Both the position numbers and the translations under genes were made by a program. The notes under the pieces were generated by a model, which ran no database searches, was not told the origin of the DNA, and worked only from the letters and a program-made list of their open reading frames with translations. Shown here one piece after another: positions 47,902 to 57,412 of a stretch of 64,000 nucleotides of DNA (within the stretch, counting starts at the first letter, position 1; each line of letters starts with the position of its first letter). The stretch comes from Methanosuratincolales archaeon (GTDB lineage: Archaea; Thermoproteota; Methanomethylicia; Methanomethylicales; Methanomethylicaceae), in the NCBI GenBank assembly GCA_014361445.1, contig JACIVQ010000001.1, positions 10,174 through 74,173 on the forward strand, in the 5' to 3' direction.

Positions 47902-48556
47902 GGGCCATCACCTCCCGTAGGGACTTAAGTGTCTCAACATCTACCTGCCCAGGTGCCGTCTCCTTCCCTCTCTTAAGAGAGGCATATGTCCACTCAGCCC
48001 CAAATATGGGGCAGAGCACACGGGATATGATCCCTAACTCCCCGTAACAGAATATAATGCGCCGGTACCCCTTCAATGAGCTGCATGCCTGGAGGGCGAC
48101 CAGATTTTCATCATGGGTATGTGCGGGCATCACCGCCTTATAGATGACCTTGTTCCCATATTCTTTGATCATTGAAGAGATCTCCTCTTGTGTAAGGGGG
48201 CGGTTGACATGCCACGAGATGATGATCTCAGTTCTGCCGAGCATGCTCTCCATACACTCTCTAATGAGAGATCCCCCCATCTCGGCACCGAGATCCACAT
48301 AATCTGCATACTCGGATGCCATTAGGAGTAATTCCGCTCTCTCTCTGAGCCCACCATCAAACCTTCCAAATGTAGAGTTTGGCATTATAGTGGCTACTTT
48401 GGGGATATCTATTACATCTAAAGCCTTGAATATGCGCCTGAGCTTGTCTCCATCTAATCTCTTAATGTAATCTAATCGAACCTCTATGAGATCGGCCCCC
48501 TTAATCCTTGCCTCCTCTGCGCTACGGAGCAGATCCTTCTCGCATACCTCGGCCAA
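47888..48556 (-). CDS. aroD: 3-dehydroquinate dehydratase, type I
   Basis: IEVRLD... and a (beta/alpha)8 type-I DHQase pattern with the conserved lysine region. 222 aa. Confidence 0.8.
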   Translation of the reverse strand: MAEVCEKDLLRSAEEARIKGADLIEVRLDYIKRLDGDKLRRIFKALDVIDIPKVATIMPNSTFGRFDGGLRERAELLLMASEYADYVDLGAEMGGSLIRECMESMLGRTEIIISWHVNRPLTQEEISSMIKEYGNKVIYKAVMPAHTHDENLVALQACSSLKGYRRIIFCYGELGIISRVLCPIFGAEWTYASLKRGKETAPGQVDVETLKSLREVMALDHW

Positions 48557-48575
48557 GGAGACACAGATCTTGTAC

Positions 48576-49664
48576 CTAATTGCACATAACCTCCTCTAAA
48601 GATGAAGTTATGATCTCTTCGGGAGGGTCTGTTATAACCGTACCTTCTCCGATTTTTGTTGGAACAGCGAACCTTAACTTACCGGACCTGACCTTCTTGT
48701 CATGGTATATTGAGGTGAGTACGCCCTCAACTGATCCCCTCCGCGCCCTCTTTGAAAGTCCGTAGGCCGATATTAGCGACTCCATCCTATGGAGATCCCT
48801 ATGGCTAAGTAATCCTAGTCTATTGGAGATCCTGCCCTCCACCACCATACCCACCCCTACTGCTTCTCCATGGCTATAGTAAGAATAACTTGTAGCCGAC
48901 TCTAGCGCATGTCCCACCGTGTGACCAAAATTTAACAACATCCTCGCATTTTTATCGAACTCGTCTATGGCTACTACATCTGCTTTAATCTTAATAGCAA
49001 TTGAAACGATCCTCTCTATAAGATCGCTTTGGAGCCCTTTAATATCATCCTTATATTGTTCGAGGATGGAGAAGAGAGAGCTGTTAAGGATGGCACCATA
49101 CTTTATAAGTTCAGCGATCCCGTTCCTGATCTCTCTTGGTGGGAGCGTTTTTAAAAGACCTACGTCCGTAACGACGAGCTTTGGTTGGTAGAATGTTCCG
49201 ATGAGGTTCTTCGCGAGGGGGTGGTTTATGGCAACCTTCCCACCGATGCTACTGTCTACTTGTGCGAGGAGGGTCGTCGGGATGTGGGCTAGCTTTGTTC
49301 CTCTCATGTATGTGGCAGCGACAAAACCAGCCAGATCACCTACACAGCCCCCTCCGAATGAGGCTATCACCGCTTCCCTCCCTACATTATGCTCGAGTAG
49401 GGCATTTACCACCTCTAAGTAGCTCTCGAAGGATTTTGCCCCCTCCCCATCTGGGACTTCTATAATAAAATAGTCGAGCCCTTCATTGGAGAGGGAGTCT
49501 TCTACGATTCTTCCGTAAAGTCCCCTAACGGGAGGGACTGTGAGGACCACTACTTTTTCCCCTTCGCTTACCTCTCTAAGATACCTCCCCACACTACTAA
49601 GTAGCCCATTACCTATGTGGACTGAGTAACTCCGTCTGCCTAAGTTTACGGTTATAGTCTCCAC
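48576..49664 (-). CDS. aroB: 3-dehydroquinate synthase
   Basis: GGGCVGDLAGFVAATYMRG..IPTTLLAQVDSSIGGKVAINHP. Confidence 0.9.
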   Translation of the reverse strand: METITVNLGRRSYSVHIGNGLLSSVGRYLREVSEGEKVVVLTVPPVRGLYGRIVEDSLSNEGLDYFIIEVPDGEGAKSFESYLEVVNALLEHNVGREAVIASFGGGCVGDLAGFVAATYMRGTKLAHIPTTLLAQVDSSIGGKVAINHPLAKNLIGTFYQPKLVVTDVGLLKTLPPREIRNGIAELIKYGAILNSSLFSILEQYKDDIKGLQSDLIERIVSIAIKIKADVVAIDEFDKNARMLLNFGHTVGHALESATSYSYYSHGEAVGVGMVVEGRISNRLGLLSHRDLHRMESLISAYGLSKRARRGSVEGVLTSIYHDKKVRSGKLRFAVPTKIGEGTVITDPPEEIITSSLEEVMCN

Positions 49665-50645
49665 TCAAATTCGCCTCCCCACGGCCCTTGTCAAGACCGC
49701 GAGCTCGTCCATGAGTCTATGGAAGGCTTTTAGTGTGAGGGACTGGGGACCATCGCTGAGGGCAGCCTCAGGCCTTGGATGTACCTCTATTAAGAGCCCA
49801 TCTGCCCCAGCTGCTATTGCGGCTTTGGAGGCGGCAGGTACAAGCTCGCTCCTCCCTGTCGCATGGCTTGGGTCAGCGACTACTGGTAGGTGGGTCAATA
49901 GCTTGGTCAGAGCTATACCTGACACATCCAGGACATTCCTGGTGGCATCCTCAAAAGTCCTTATCCCCCGCTCACAGAGTATTACATTCCAATTCCCCTC
50001 TAAGAGTATGTACTCTGCTGCTAAGAGCCACTCCTCGATTTTGGCCGACGGGCCTCTCTTCAGTAGTACAGGCTTCATAGATCTTCCGACCGCCCTGAGG
50101 AGTTCGAAGTTCTGCATGTTCCTCGCCCCTATCTGAAGCGCATCTGCATACTTGGAGACCAGATTGACCTGTTCCGGGGAGAGTACCTCCGTGACTACAG
50201 GGAGACCTACTTCACCAGAGACCTCCCTCAGAATCTTCAGTCCCTCCTCCCCAAGCCCCTGAAATGAGTAAGGGGACGTCCTAGGCTTGAACGCCCCCCC
50301 TCTGAGCGCCCTCGCACCAGCATTCTTTACATCCCTTGCTACTTCCCTCATCATCTCTAACCCTTCAACAGCACAAGGTCCTGCGCAGACTACAACTTCT
50401 TCCCCTCCGAACTCTACATCCTTGATCTTTACACAAGTATTATCTTTGGAATACTCCCTACTCACGAGCTTGAATTCGCTCTGGATCTCCTTTGAAGAGA
50501 TTATCTCGATTTGAGAGAGCAAACCCTCAGGAACCCTCCCCTTTACTATATATACAACCTTCCCATCACGTTCGACCTTCCAAATCCTCCCAGCCAACCC
50601 CCTCTCAAGAATCTGAGATGGCTCCCTAAGAGTTAAGATCATCAT
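49665..50645 (-). CDS. aroF: 3-deoxy-7-phosphoheptulonate (DAHP) synthase, type I-beta with N-terminal regulatory domain
   Basis: [21 protein letters not shown] and LPVVTEV. 326 aa. Confidence 0.9.
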   Translation of the reverse strand: MMILTLREPSQILERGLAGRIWKVERDGKVVYIVKGRVPEGLLSQIEIISSKEIQSEFKLVSREYSKDNTCVKIKDVEFGGEEVVVCAGPCAVEGLEMMREVARDVKNAGARALRGGAFKPRTSPYSFQGLGEEGLKILREVSGEVGLPVVTEVLSPEQVNLVSKYADALQIGARNMQNFELLRAVGRSMKPVLLKRGPSAKIEEWLLAAEYILLEGNWNVILCERGIRTFEDATRNVLDVSGIALTKLLTHLPVVADPSHATGRSELVPAASKAAIAAGADGLLIEVHPRPEAALSDGPQSLTLKAFHRLMDELAVLTRAVGRRI

Positions 50646-51553
50646 CTCCTCCTCCGAATAACCCCCTTGATAACTGATCTTATCTTTTCGGCTGTAAGAC
50701 CAAACTTCTCTAATAGTTCGCGGTGTGTTCCGGATTCGCCGAAAGTGTCGCCGATACCAATCCTTGCCACTGGGACTGGGTACTCTAGAGAGAGAAGTTC
50801 CGCCACAGCGCTCCCTAGACCACCAATTACGCTATGCTCCTCAACACATACTACTGCCCCACAGGACTTTGCAGCTGAGATGACTGCCTCCTTGTCCAGC
50901 GGCTTAATTGTCGAGACGTGTACAACCCTCACACTTGTATCTGTGCATCTTGCCGCTTCGAGAGCCTCTGCGGTTATTGAGCCAGTAGAGAAGAGGGCAA
51001 CATCGCTACCGTCCATTAAAGTGGTTGCCTTACCAATCCTAAATACCCCATCACGATCGAAGATCCTCACATCTTCGTCCCTCCCTATCCTTAGGTAGAC
51101 CGGCCCCTTCATTTCTATAATAGCCTCCACCGCCTCCTTGACCTCTTGAGGGTCACCTGGCGCGACCACGGTCATGTTTGGTAAGACGCGCATCAACGCA
51201 AGGTCTTCCAAGGCTTGGTGGGACGCTCCATCATCAGCGGCTGTCAGCCCAGCGTGTGTGCCCACGAGTTTCACATTAAGGTTCGCTCTGGAGATCGTAT
51301 TCCTTATCTGCTCCCATGCCCTCATTAGAAAAGAGGAGAAGAGGGTCACGAGAGGGACCCTCCCTGTGAGTGCCAGTCCAGCCGCGACCCCTACTATATC
51401 TTGCTCGCTGATTCCAAGATTGAATAATCGGTTTGGGTACCTGTCTTTAAATTTGTATACGTATGTAGGGTTGCCAACGTCCCCAGTCAGGACGATGAGT
51501 TCTTCGTATAATTCTCCGAGCCTTACCAAGGACTCTCCGAACGCTCTGCGCAC
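50642..51553 (-). CDS. tkt: transketolase, C-terminal (pyrimidine-binding) subunit
   Basis: Split-transketolase pyrimidine-binding subunit pattern, with an internal Gly-rich segment. 303 aa. Confidence 0.9.
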   Translation of the reverse strand: MRRAFGESLVRLGELYEELIVLTGDVGNPTYVYKFKDRYPNRLFNLGISEQDIVGVAAGLALTGRVPLVTLFSSFLMRAWEQIRNTISRANLNVKLVGTHAGLTAADDGASHQALEDLALMRVLPNMTVVAPGDPQEVKEAVEAIIEMKGPVYLRIGRDEDVRIFDRDGVFRIGKATTLMDGSDVALFSTGSITAEALEAARCTDTSVRVVHVSTIKPLDKEAVISAAKSCGAVVCVEEHSVIGGLGSAVAELLSLEYPVPVARIGIGDTFGESGTHRELLEKFGLTAEKIRSVIKGVIRRRR

Positions 51554-52420
51554 CTAGAGACCTCCCCCGTACGCCTCTAACTCCTTTAATGCCGCCAAGT
51601 ACTGCTCATCATTCAAGCGGATCTTGTGCCCCCCATTTGTATCCTCAATAAATGGGACGCCATGCCCCTTCTTAGTGTAGGCTATTATAGCAACAGGTCC
51701 TTCGGAGTGTTCTGCGTAGTCCAAAACCTCCACAATCTTCTGTACATCATGCCCATTTACTGTGTAAACCTCCCAACCAAAACTTTCAATCTTTGCCTTC
51801 AATGGTACCTTTTTCTTAACCTCCTCCGTTCTTCCGTCTAATTGCCACCCATTTCGGTCAATAATTAGAACCAAGTTTGAGAGTTTCAGATGCGCAGCCG
51901 TCATCATAGCCTCCCAGACCTGCCCTTCGTCACACTCGCCGTCGCCCATCAAAACATAGACCCTCGATCTACTGCCATTCATCCTGATACCCAACGCCAT
52001 GCCCACCCCAATGGACAAGCCCTGTCCTAACGAGCCAGACGGAGCCTCCACGCCAGGAACTCTAAGATCCGGATGCCCCTGGAGGCGGGACCCAAGTTTT
52101 TTGAAGGTCCTTAACTCCTCCCTTTGGATGTAGCCCATTTCCGCCAGGACCGCATAAAGTGCCAGTGCCGCATGCCCCTTGCTCAGGACGAACCGATCTC
52201 TATCTTTCCACAATGGCTCATAGGGGGTGTGCCGCATTTTCAAGAAGTAGAGTGTTGCGATTATTTCAAGGCATGAAAGCGATGAACCGAGGTGCGCATT
52301 TTCATTATGGGCCGTCTCGAGTACCAGTCGACGAATAGATCTTATCTTCTCTTTGAGTTTTTGAACCTCTATTATATGCCGTAGTTCGCTAGTTTCCACT
52401 GTGCTACCCATTACAGTCAC
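51554..52420 (-). CDS. tkt: transketolase, N-terminal (TPP-binding) subunit
   Basis: GHPDLRVPGVEAPSGSLGQGLSIGVGMAL, a GDGE TPP motif and SNLVLIIDRN. Confidence 0.9.
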   Translation of the reverse strand: MTVMGSTVETSELRHIIEVQKLKEKIRSIRRLVLETAHNENAHLGSSLSCLEIIATLYFLKMRHTPYEPLWKDRDRFVLSKGHAALALYAVLAEMGYIQREELRTFKKLGSRLQGHPDLRVPGVEAPSGSLGQGLSIGVGMALGIRMNGSRSRVYVLMGDGECDEGQVWEAMMTAAHLKLSNLVLIIDRNGWQLDGRTEEVKKKVPLKAKIESFGWEVYTVNGHDVQKIVEVLDYAEHSEGPVAIIAYTKKGHGVPFIEDTNGGHKIRLNDEQYLAALKELEAYGGGL

Positions 52421-52707
52421 CCTTTGCTGTTAAAATTCGCGGAGGTCGATCTGAAGTCAAAGACTCAAAGAGTGTCCAAAGGCAAAGAATGGTTACGGTT
52501 ATAGATATTGGAATTGGCTCACTTTGCCCACCTTTTTTATACTCCTAGAATCTTGATAGTATTTAAGTATTCTCGACAAAATTTTTTGACTAGCAAAAGC
52601 GGCAACACCAAAGGCATACAACCAGCAGGGTCCAAAATCAGAATCCTAGACGAGCCTCCAATTGCATATATCATTAGCACAAATGATTCCCGATATTATG
52701 ACTGCCT

Positions 52708-53297
52708 CTATTCACCGCCCAGGAAGGTCGAGGAGCTCGCCAAATACAAACCCTTTATCGGCGTTTTGAAGTATGGCCTTCTTACCCCAACCGACTGATC
52801 GAAGGAGTAGAGGGCGCCCTCTGGCATCGAAGTATATCTCTCGAATGTTTTGGGTGTTGCCGCGTCCTTGATGTAAAGCGACGGGCAGCCCGTCACAGAC
52901 AGGTAGAGCATGTAGTCGTAGTCCCCCGCTCGCATACGCCTTCTGGAAGACCCCCTTCCCACTCACGGCGTCCGGAGGGAACATGAACCAGCCCGTACTG
53001 GACGAGCTTCCTTATTGTCAGTTTGAAGTCAACCTTGGTCAGCTCCTTGTAGGGCTGACTGTTGGCCCATGCCACGACTCGCTCTATCTCCGCCCTGGTG
53101 GTAGTGCTCGGGTCGAAGGGGCATGCATTCATAATGGTGCAGACGTGGGTCACGTACTTGATGGTCCCCACGTCCGATATCCCCATGGCCCTCAGGTGTT
53201 CTATGAACGATAGCAGGAACTGCGCGTTCGGGAGGGAGGCTAGGCGCCTCTTGACATACTCCATCCTCTTCCTGCAGTCTTGCATGTCCTCACTCAC
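52708..53297 (-). pseudogene. tyrosine-recombinase (integrase) remnant, frameshifted and truncated
   Basis: The 52893-53297 frame encodes a SAM-like N-terminal domain (AQFLLSFIEHLRAMGISDVGTIKYVTHVCTIMNACPFDP...TRAEIERVVAWAN). The overlapping 52708-52962 frame continues with an integrase box-I-like segment RAGDYDYMLYLSVTGCPS, lacking the catalytic Arg, and then terminates. Confidence 0.45.
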
Positions 53298-53376
53298 CCC
53301 TGCTCTTCTGAAGCGGGGCGGATTTTAAAAGGCTGGATGGATGTACAAGAGAATCTGTATTGTACTCGCAACCTAC

Positions 53377-53399
53377 ATTTGTTAGAACGAAAGATCTAA
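53377..53399. repeat. 23-bp sequence atttgttagaacgaaagatctaa (copy 2 of the perfect direct repeat)
   Basis: Identical to 35554-35576. Lies 80 bp upstream of the integrase-remnant start. Confidence 0.8.
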
Positions 53400-53462
53400 A
53401 AAATTGATTTGAGAACTTACAAAAACCTTTGGTGTGATCTGAATAAACAGTACCTCAACTGC

Positions 53463-54128
53463 TTAGACGCAAATTCCTGCACGGTTCATCAAGAGCCTTG
53501 ACAAATACCACAAAGGTATCGATATTGCGGCGATAATAGACAGGGAGATCAAGAATGATAGAGAGATCTCCAACAGTGAATTAGACTGGAAGATAAAGAG
53601 GGGCGGTAAAATAGAGAGGATGAGTGCGGAGGCTAAAATTAAGAGCAAGAACCGACGCAAATCGGGGCAAAGGGGAGCAAATAAAAGTCCGAAGAATAAA
53701 GAGAAGAGCCAAAGTGGGACAGATATTAAAAAGCTGTTGATGAAGAAATACATTAAAGTAATAGCCATGGCCAGAGTCAGAGACAACGGCAAAGAGGAAG
53801 GGAGCCGGCCGAATTTTGGGTACCTTTTGCCGACCTTAATGCCCGTTTTGGGGATCTCTTGATTAAGCCAGGCTTCAGCCTTTGGGGTAATCTCGTAGAG
53901 GTACCTCTTGTCATCCCTTCTTCTCGAAATGAGGCCGAGTCTCAAAAGGAGGGATAGGTGAGCTTCTACTGTGCTTCTCGATCTGTTGACACTCTCTGCG
54001 ATTTCATCTCCAGTCATTGGCCTCTGGGAGAGTGCCTCCAATATGGAATATCTCGTCCTTTCGCTTAGAGCGTCAAGGATCTCCCTCAGTTCCTCCCCTT
54101 CCATGCCATATTTTTGGGAGAACCTCAT
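53463..54128 (-). CDS. ArsR-like wHTH regulator fused to a C-terminal multi-TM domain
   Basis: N-terminal LREILDALSERTRYSILEALSQRPMTGDEIAESVNRSRSTVEAHL (ArsR-type), then about four hydrophobic helices. Confidence 0.5.
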   Translation of the reverse strand: MRFSQKYGMEGEELREILDALSERTRYSILEALSQRPMTGDEIAESVNRSRSTVEAHLSLLLRLGLISRRRDDKRYLYEITPKAEAWLNQEIPKTGIKVGKRYPKFGRLPSSLPLSLTLAMAITLMYFFINSFLISVPLWLFSLFFGLLFAPLCPDLRRFLLLILASALILSILPPLFIFQSNSLLEISLSFLISLSIIAAISIPLWYLSRLLMNRAGICV

Positions 54129-54228
54129 TTAAGAGAATTATTGTATTTCGATTTTTCTAGAAAGATCGAATCGGTCTCCGCCTTAAGAGGGCTTATAATC
54201 AGCCGAGGACGTACTCTCTCAGAGGACT

Positions 54229-54798
54229 ATGCGTCTGAAAAAGATCCTCCTGATATTGGCAATAGTGATGTTCTTCCCTTGGGCGCTGCTGCCACTTGGA
54301 TTTTATCACATCTGGAGGAGAGGGGTCTTTCAATCATTGATGAAAAGTTTTGCAGAACCATTTAGAAGGCCTCTTATCAGGACTCAAGGATTAATCGAAG
54401 AGACTCTAACTTTTAAGTATTATAAGCCCAGCAATGGCCAGTGTTACGCGTTAATTCCAAGGACGTTTGGGGCCCAGTATGTTTACGGGATTGAGATAAG
54501 AGACCTCCCGGAGAGGTTGACAAGTAATATTGGAGATGTAATCAGGGCGATCATGGATAATATTGGGGCGAGAGGAGAGACCACGATCTCATTGGTTACT
54601 AAAGACAAGATCGAGAAGGTGCGAATTCATTCGGTTTCAAAGGTTCTTCCTGGAATTGAGGTTGATGTCGGGAAGGAGGCGAGAGAGACCACATTGAGGA
54701 TCTTTGATGCCTTGAGATCAGAGTCTCCAACACTTAAGGTCAACTTATGCAAGGGTGACGAGGTCACGGAAGGCTTGCCCTTGGAGGTATTTAGATGA
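54229..54798 (+). CDS. hypothetical membrane-anchored protein
   Basis: N-terminal TM (ILLILAIVMFFPWALLPLGF) with a soluble domain. 189 aa. Confidence 0.35.
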   Translation: MRLKKILLILAIVMFFPWALLPLGFYHIWRRGVFQSLMKSFAEPFRRPLIRTQGLIEETLTFKYYKPSNGQCYALIPRTFGAQYVYGIEIRDLPERLTSNIGDVIRAIMDNIGARGETTISLVTKDKIEKVRIHSVSKVLPGIEVDVGKEARETTLRIFDALRSESPTLKVNLCKGDEVTEGLPLEVFR

Positions 54799-56126
54799 GA
54801 CGGCAGGAGCTCAAGACTTTGGGACTGCTCAATAAATGTGAGAATAAGTTAGCAGTGCGTGCTGGTTTAGGGGAGATCAGGGAGGCAGAATTTTCGAGGG
54901 TAGTTGTCATTGGGGATGAGAGGGCAAGGGTAAGGATGATGGCGGAGCTCGTGATGAATGGTTTTGAAGGAGGCCATGCCCCTCTCGTCATGGACCTGAA
55001 GGGAAGGTACGCAGGACTTATTGACTATATTCCCTCAATGAAGATATACAAAGTCGGAAAGCACCCAACTTTCAACCCACTAAAGGAGGCATTTCCAGGG
55101 TACTCCAAAGAATTCGCCCTGATCTTTAAGGAGATATATGAGCTAAGCCGTGATGAGTGCATATATCTTGAAAAGGTCCTTGAGAATGCCTACAGGGATG
55201 GAGATTGTTGCCCAACATTAGAAGGTATATTTGAGAGGCTCCTTCGGATGGAGGCAGAGGCCCAACCGAAGGAGGGTTACAAGATCGAGTGTCTCAAAAA
55301 TGTCCTCTCAGAGCTGGAGGTAGGACCGCTAGCCCCCATATTTAGGGGAAATGAGAGGGAGCTCTTCGCGCCGATGATACTCGATCTTGGCAATCTCACG
55401 TTAAAGGAGAGGGTTATGATGATGGTTGCCAGCCTTGCCAGGATCAGGGAGTGCAGAGCCACATTTGTGGTGATTGACGGGCTTGACTGGTCAATCATCT
55501 CCGGTTCAATATGGTTAAAAAGTATTGTAAGGGATATGATCGAAGACCTGAGCTACAGAGGAATATCCGTATATATCGGGTCAGATGATCTAATTCACGC
55601 CCCAATCCGGAGTACGGCATATGTATTCTGCGGTCCAATTTGGTATGATGAGGTTAGGTGGATCAGAGGGCTGGCGGACGGGCTGGATTTAGAGCACTTC
55701 AGATACCTTGAGGAGGGCACAGGGCTTGTAGTGACGTGGAAGAGGGCTCCATTTTACTTGAGGTTCAGAAGCCCAGAATTCAGGGTTGTTGGGGACGATG
55801 AGATCGAGGCACACATGAAGACCTTGGGTGAAGAGGTTTCGTATTTTGATTCTGCTCAAGGTAAAAGTGAAGGGATGCTAGAGAGGCTATTTAGGGACAG
55901 GGCGTCTCTCTTCTACGCGAAAGAGTTCTTGAGGTTAGTTGGCGAAGGTAGGGTGCCTGTGGAGGCGGTAAGTTCTCAAAGAAACGCAACTTTGAGAAAT
56001 GTGGTCAGAATCTTGAAGCGGTACTTCTTGGTTGTTGAGCACATAGATGGAACAGGAACGAAATGGTACAGGCTCACCAATGTTGGGGAGAAAGCACTAC
56101 GCGAGGTGGAGGGAGAGGAGGCGTGA
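54795..56126 (+). CDS. hypothetical protein, P-loop-NTPase-like core with degenerate Walker A and C-terminal wHTH
   Basis: VVVIGDERARV occupies the position where a Walker A would be expected. hhhhD motifs (FVVIDGLD, VYIGSDD). C-terminal ...LRNVVRILKRYFLVVEHIDGTGTKWYRLT is wHTH-like. 443 aa. Confidence 0.35.
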   Translation: MRRQELKTLGLLNKCENKLAVRAGLGEIREAEFSRVVVIGDERARVRMMAELVMNGFEGGHAPLVMDLKGRYAGLIDYIPSMKIYKVGKHPTFNPLKEAFPGYSKEFALIFKEIYELSRDECIYLEKVLENAYRDGDCCPTLEGIFERLLRMEAEAQPKEGYKIECLKNVLSELEVGPLAPIFRGNERELFAPMILDLGNLTLKERVMMMVASLARIRECRATFVVIDGLDWSIISGSIWLKSIVRDMIEDLSYRGISVYIGSDDLIHAPIRSTAYVFCGPIWYDEVRWIRGLADGLDLEHFRYLEEGTGLVVTWKRAPFYLRFRSPEFRVVGDDEIEAHMKTLGEEVSYFDSAQGKSEGMLERLFRDRASLFYAKEFLRLVGEGRVPVEAVSSQRNATLRNVVRILKRYFLVVEHIDGTGTKWYRLTNVGEKALREVEGEEA

Positions 56127-56428
56127 GGGTGAAACATGTGACGGACAGGGAGATATTCTGGAGCCTAGGACGGGGCGATGGGGACGAGATAATAGGGGTG
56201 GAGGTTAGCCTGGAGGGAGAGGGCAGAGTCTCTAGAAAGATAGTTTCCAGGGGGAAGTACGGCAAGGAGAGGACGGTCTTCTTGGAGAGGTACTCTGTGG
56301 ATGAGTACCTAGGGATCATAAGATCTGAGTCTGCACTCCTCTCCTCTTCCAAAGGTGAAGATCGCGATGCTATGACATTGATAATAGAGGCGATAGAGCT
56401 CCTAAGGAGGGCATCCGAGAAGATATGA
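56123..56428 (+). CDS. hypothetical small protein
   Basis: The ORF ends 1 bp before radA. The likely GTG start overlaps the preceding stop. Confidence 0.3.
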   Translation: MRVKHVTDREIFWSLGRGDGDEIIGVEVSLEGEGRVSRKIVSRGKYGKERTVFLERYSVDEYLGIIRSESALLSSSKGEDRDAMTLIIEAIELLRRASEKI

Positions 56429-56446
56429 ATGGTTTGGTGTAGTAAT

Positions 56447-57412
56447 ATGGATAATGTTGGTGAAGAGCTAGACCTAGAGGATCTTTCAGGGATAGGATCC
56501 TCAACGGCAGAGAAACTTAGGAGGGCAGGGATTAGCTCTGTGAAGGAGCTTGCTGCAATATCAGTCAGAGAACTCCTGGAAAGGAGTGAATTGGGCGAGG
56601 GGAAAGCAGAGGAAGTAACAAAGAGCGCCAGGGAATTCTGTCTTCCAAAGGTGTTAAGCGCAAAGGAATTTTTGGAGAGGAGGAGAAAGATGCCGAGATT
56701 GACCACAGGTTCGAAAAACATCGACAAGTTGCTAGGGGGAGGACTCGAACCCGGAATAACCGAGCTTATAGGCGCATTTGGGACTGGGAAAACACAGATC
56801 TGCCTCCAGCTCTGCGTAACCGTACAGCTCACAGAGAATAGGGGAGGCCTAAACGGCACCGCCTTTTATATCGACACAGAGGACACGCTCAAACCTGAAA
56901 GGATTCTACAGATAGCAAAGCGCTTTGGGATTGAGGATGAAGAGATACTGGAGGGCGTTTACTGCTTCAGAGCCATAAATTCGGACCATCAGTTTGAGGG
57001 GCTCAGAGAGGCGGCCCGGTACATTAAGGAAAAATCTGTAAAGCTGTTGATCGTAGACTCGCTAACCTCCCACTTCAGGAGCGAGTATCCGGGAAGGGAA
57101 AATCTGGTCTTAAGGCAACAAAGGCTGAACAACTTTATGCACGGGCTTCAGAAGCTGGTCTCTCTTTATGATCTCATAGTTGTTGCTACAAACCAAGTCG
57201 TGGATGTCCCAGAGGTCATACCTGGCGCCAGACCTGCAAGACCTGCCGGAGGGAACATAGTCGCGCATGGGAGTACATTCAGGTTGTGGCTCGAAAGGTG
57301 CAAGGGTATGACTAGGTTGACCTGCATAGACTCGCCGAAGCACGCGAGAGATACTACCTACGTTACGCTGACTGAGGGAGGGGTCGAGGATGTCGAGGAG
57401 GAGAGGGTTTAG
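56447..57412 (+). CDS. radA: DNA repair and recombination protein RadA
   Basis: N-terminal HhH (DLEDLSGIGSSTAEKLRRAGISSVKELA) and Walker A GAFGTGKTQ, with full RecA/Rad51 core similarity. Confidence 0.9.
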   Translation: MDNVGEELDLEDLSGIGSSTAEKLRRAGISSVKELAAISVRELLERSELGEGKAEEVTKSAREFCLPKVLSAKEFLERRRKMPRLTTGSKNIDKLLGGGLEPGITELIGAFGTGKTQICLQLCVTVQLTENRGGLNGTAFYIDTEDTLKPERILQIAKRFGIEDEEILEGVYCFRAINSDHQFEGLREAARYIKEKSVKLLIVDSLTSHFRSEYPGRENLVLRQQRLNNFMHGLQKLVSLYDLIVVATNQVVDVPEVIPGARPARPAGGNIVAHGSTFRLWLERCKGMTRLTCIDSPKHARDTTYVTLTEGGVEDVEEERV

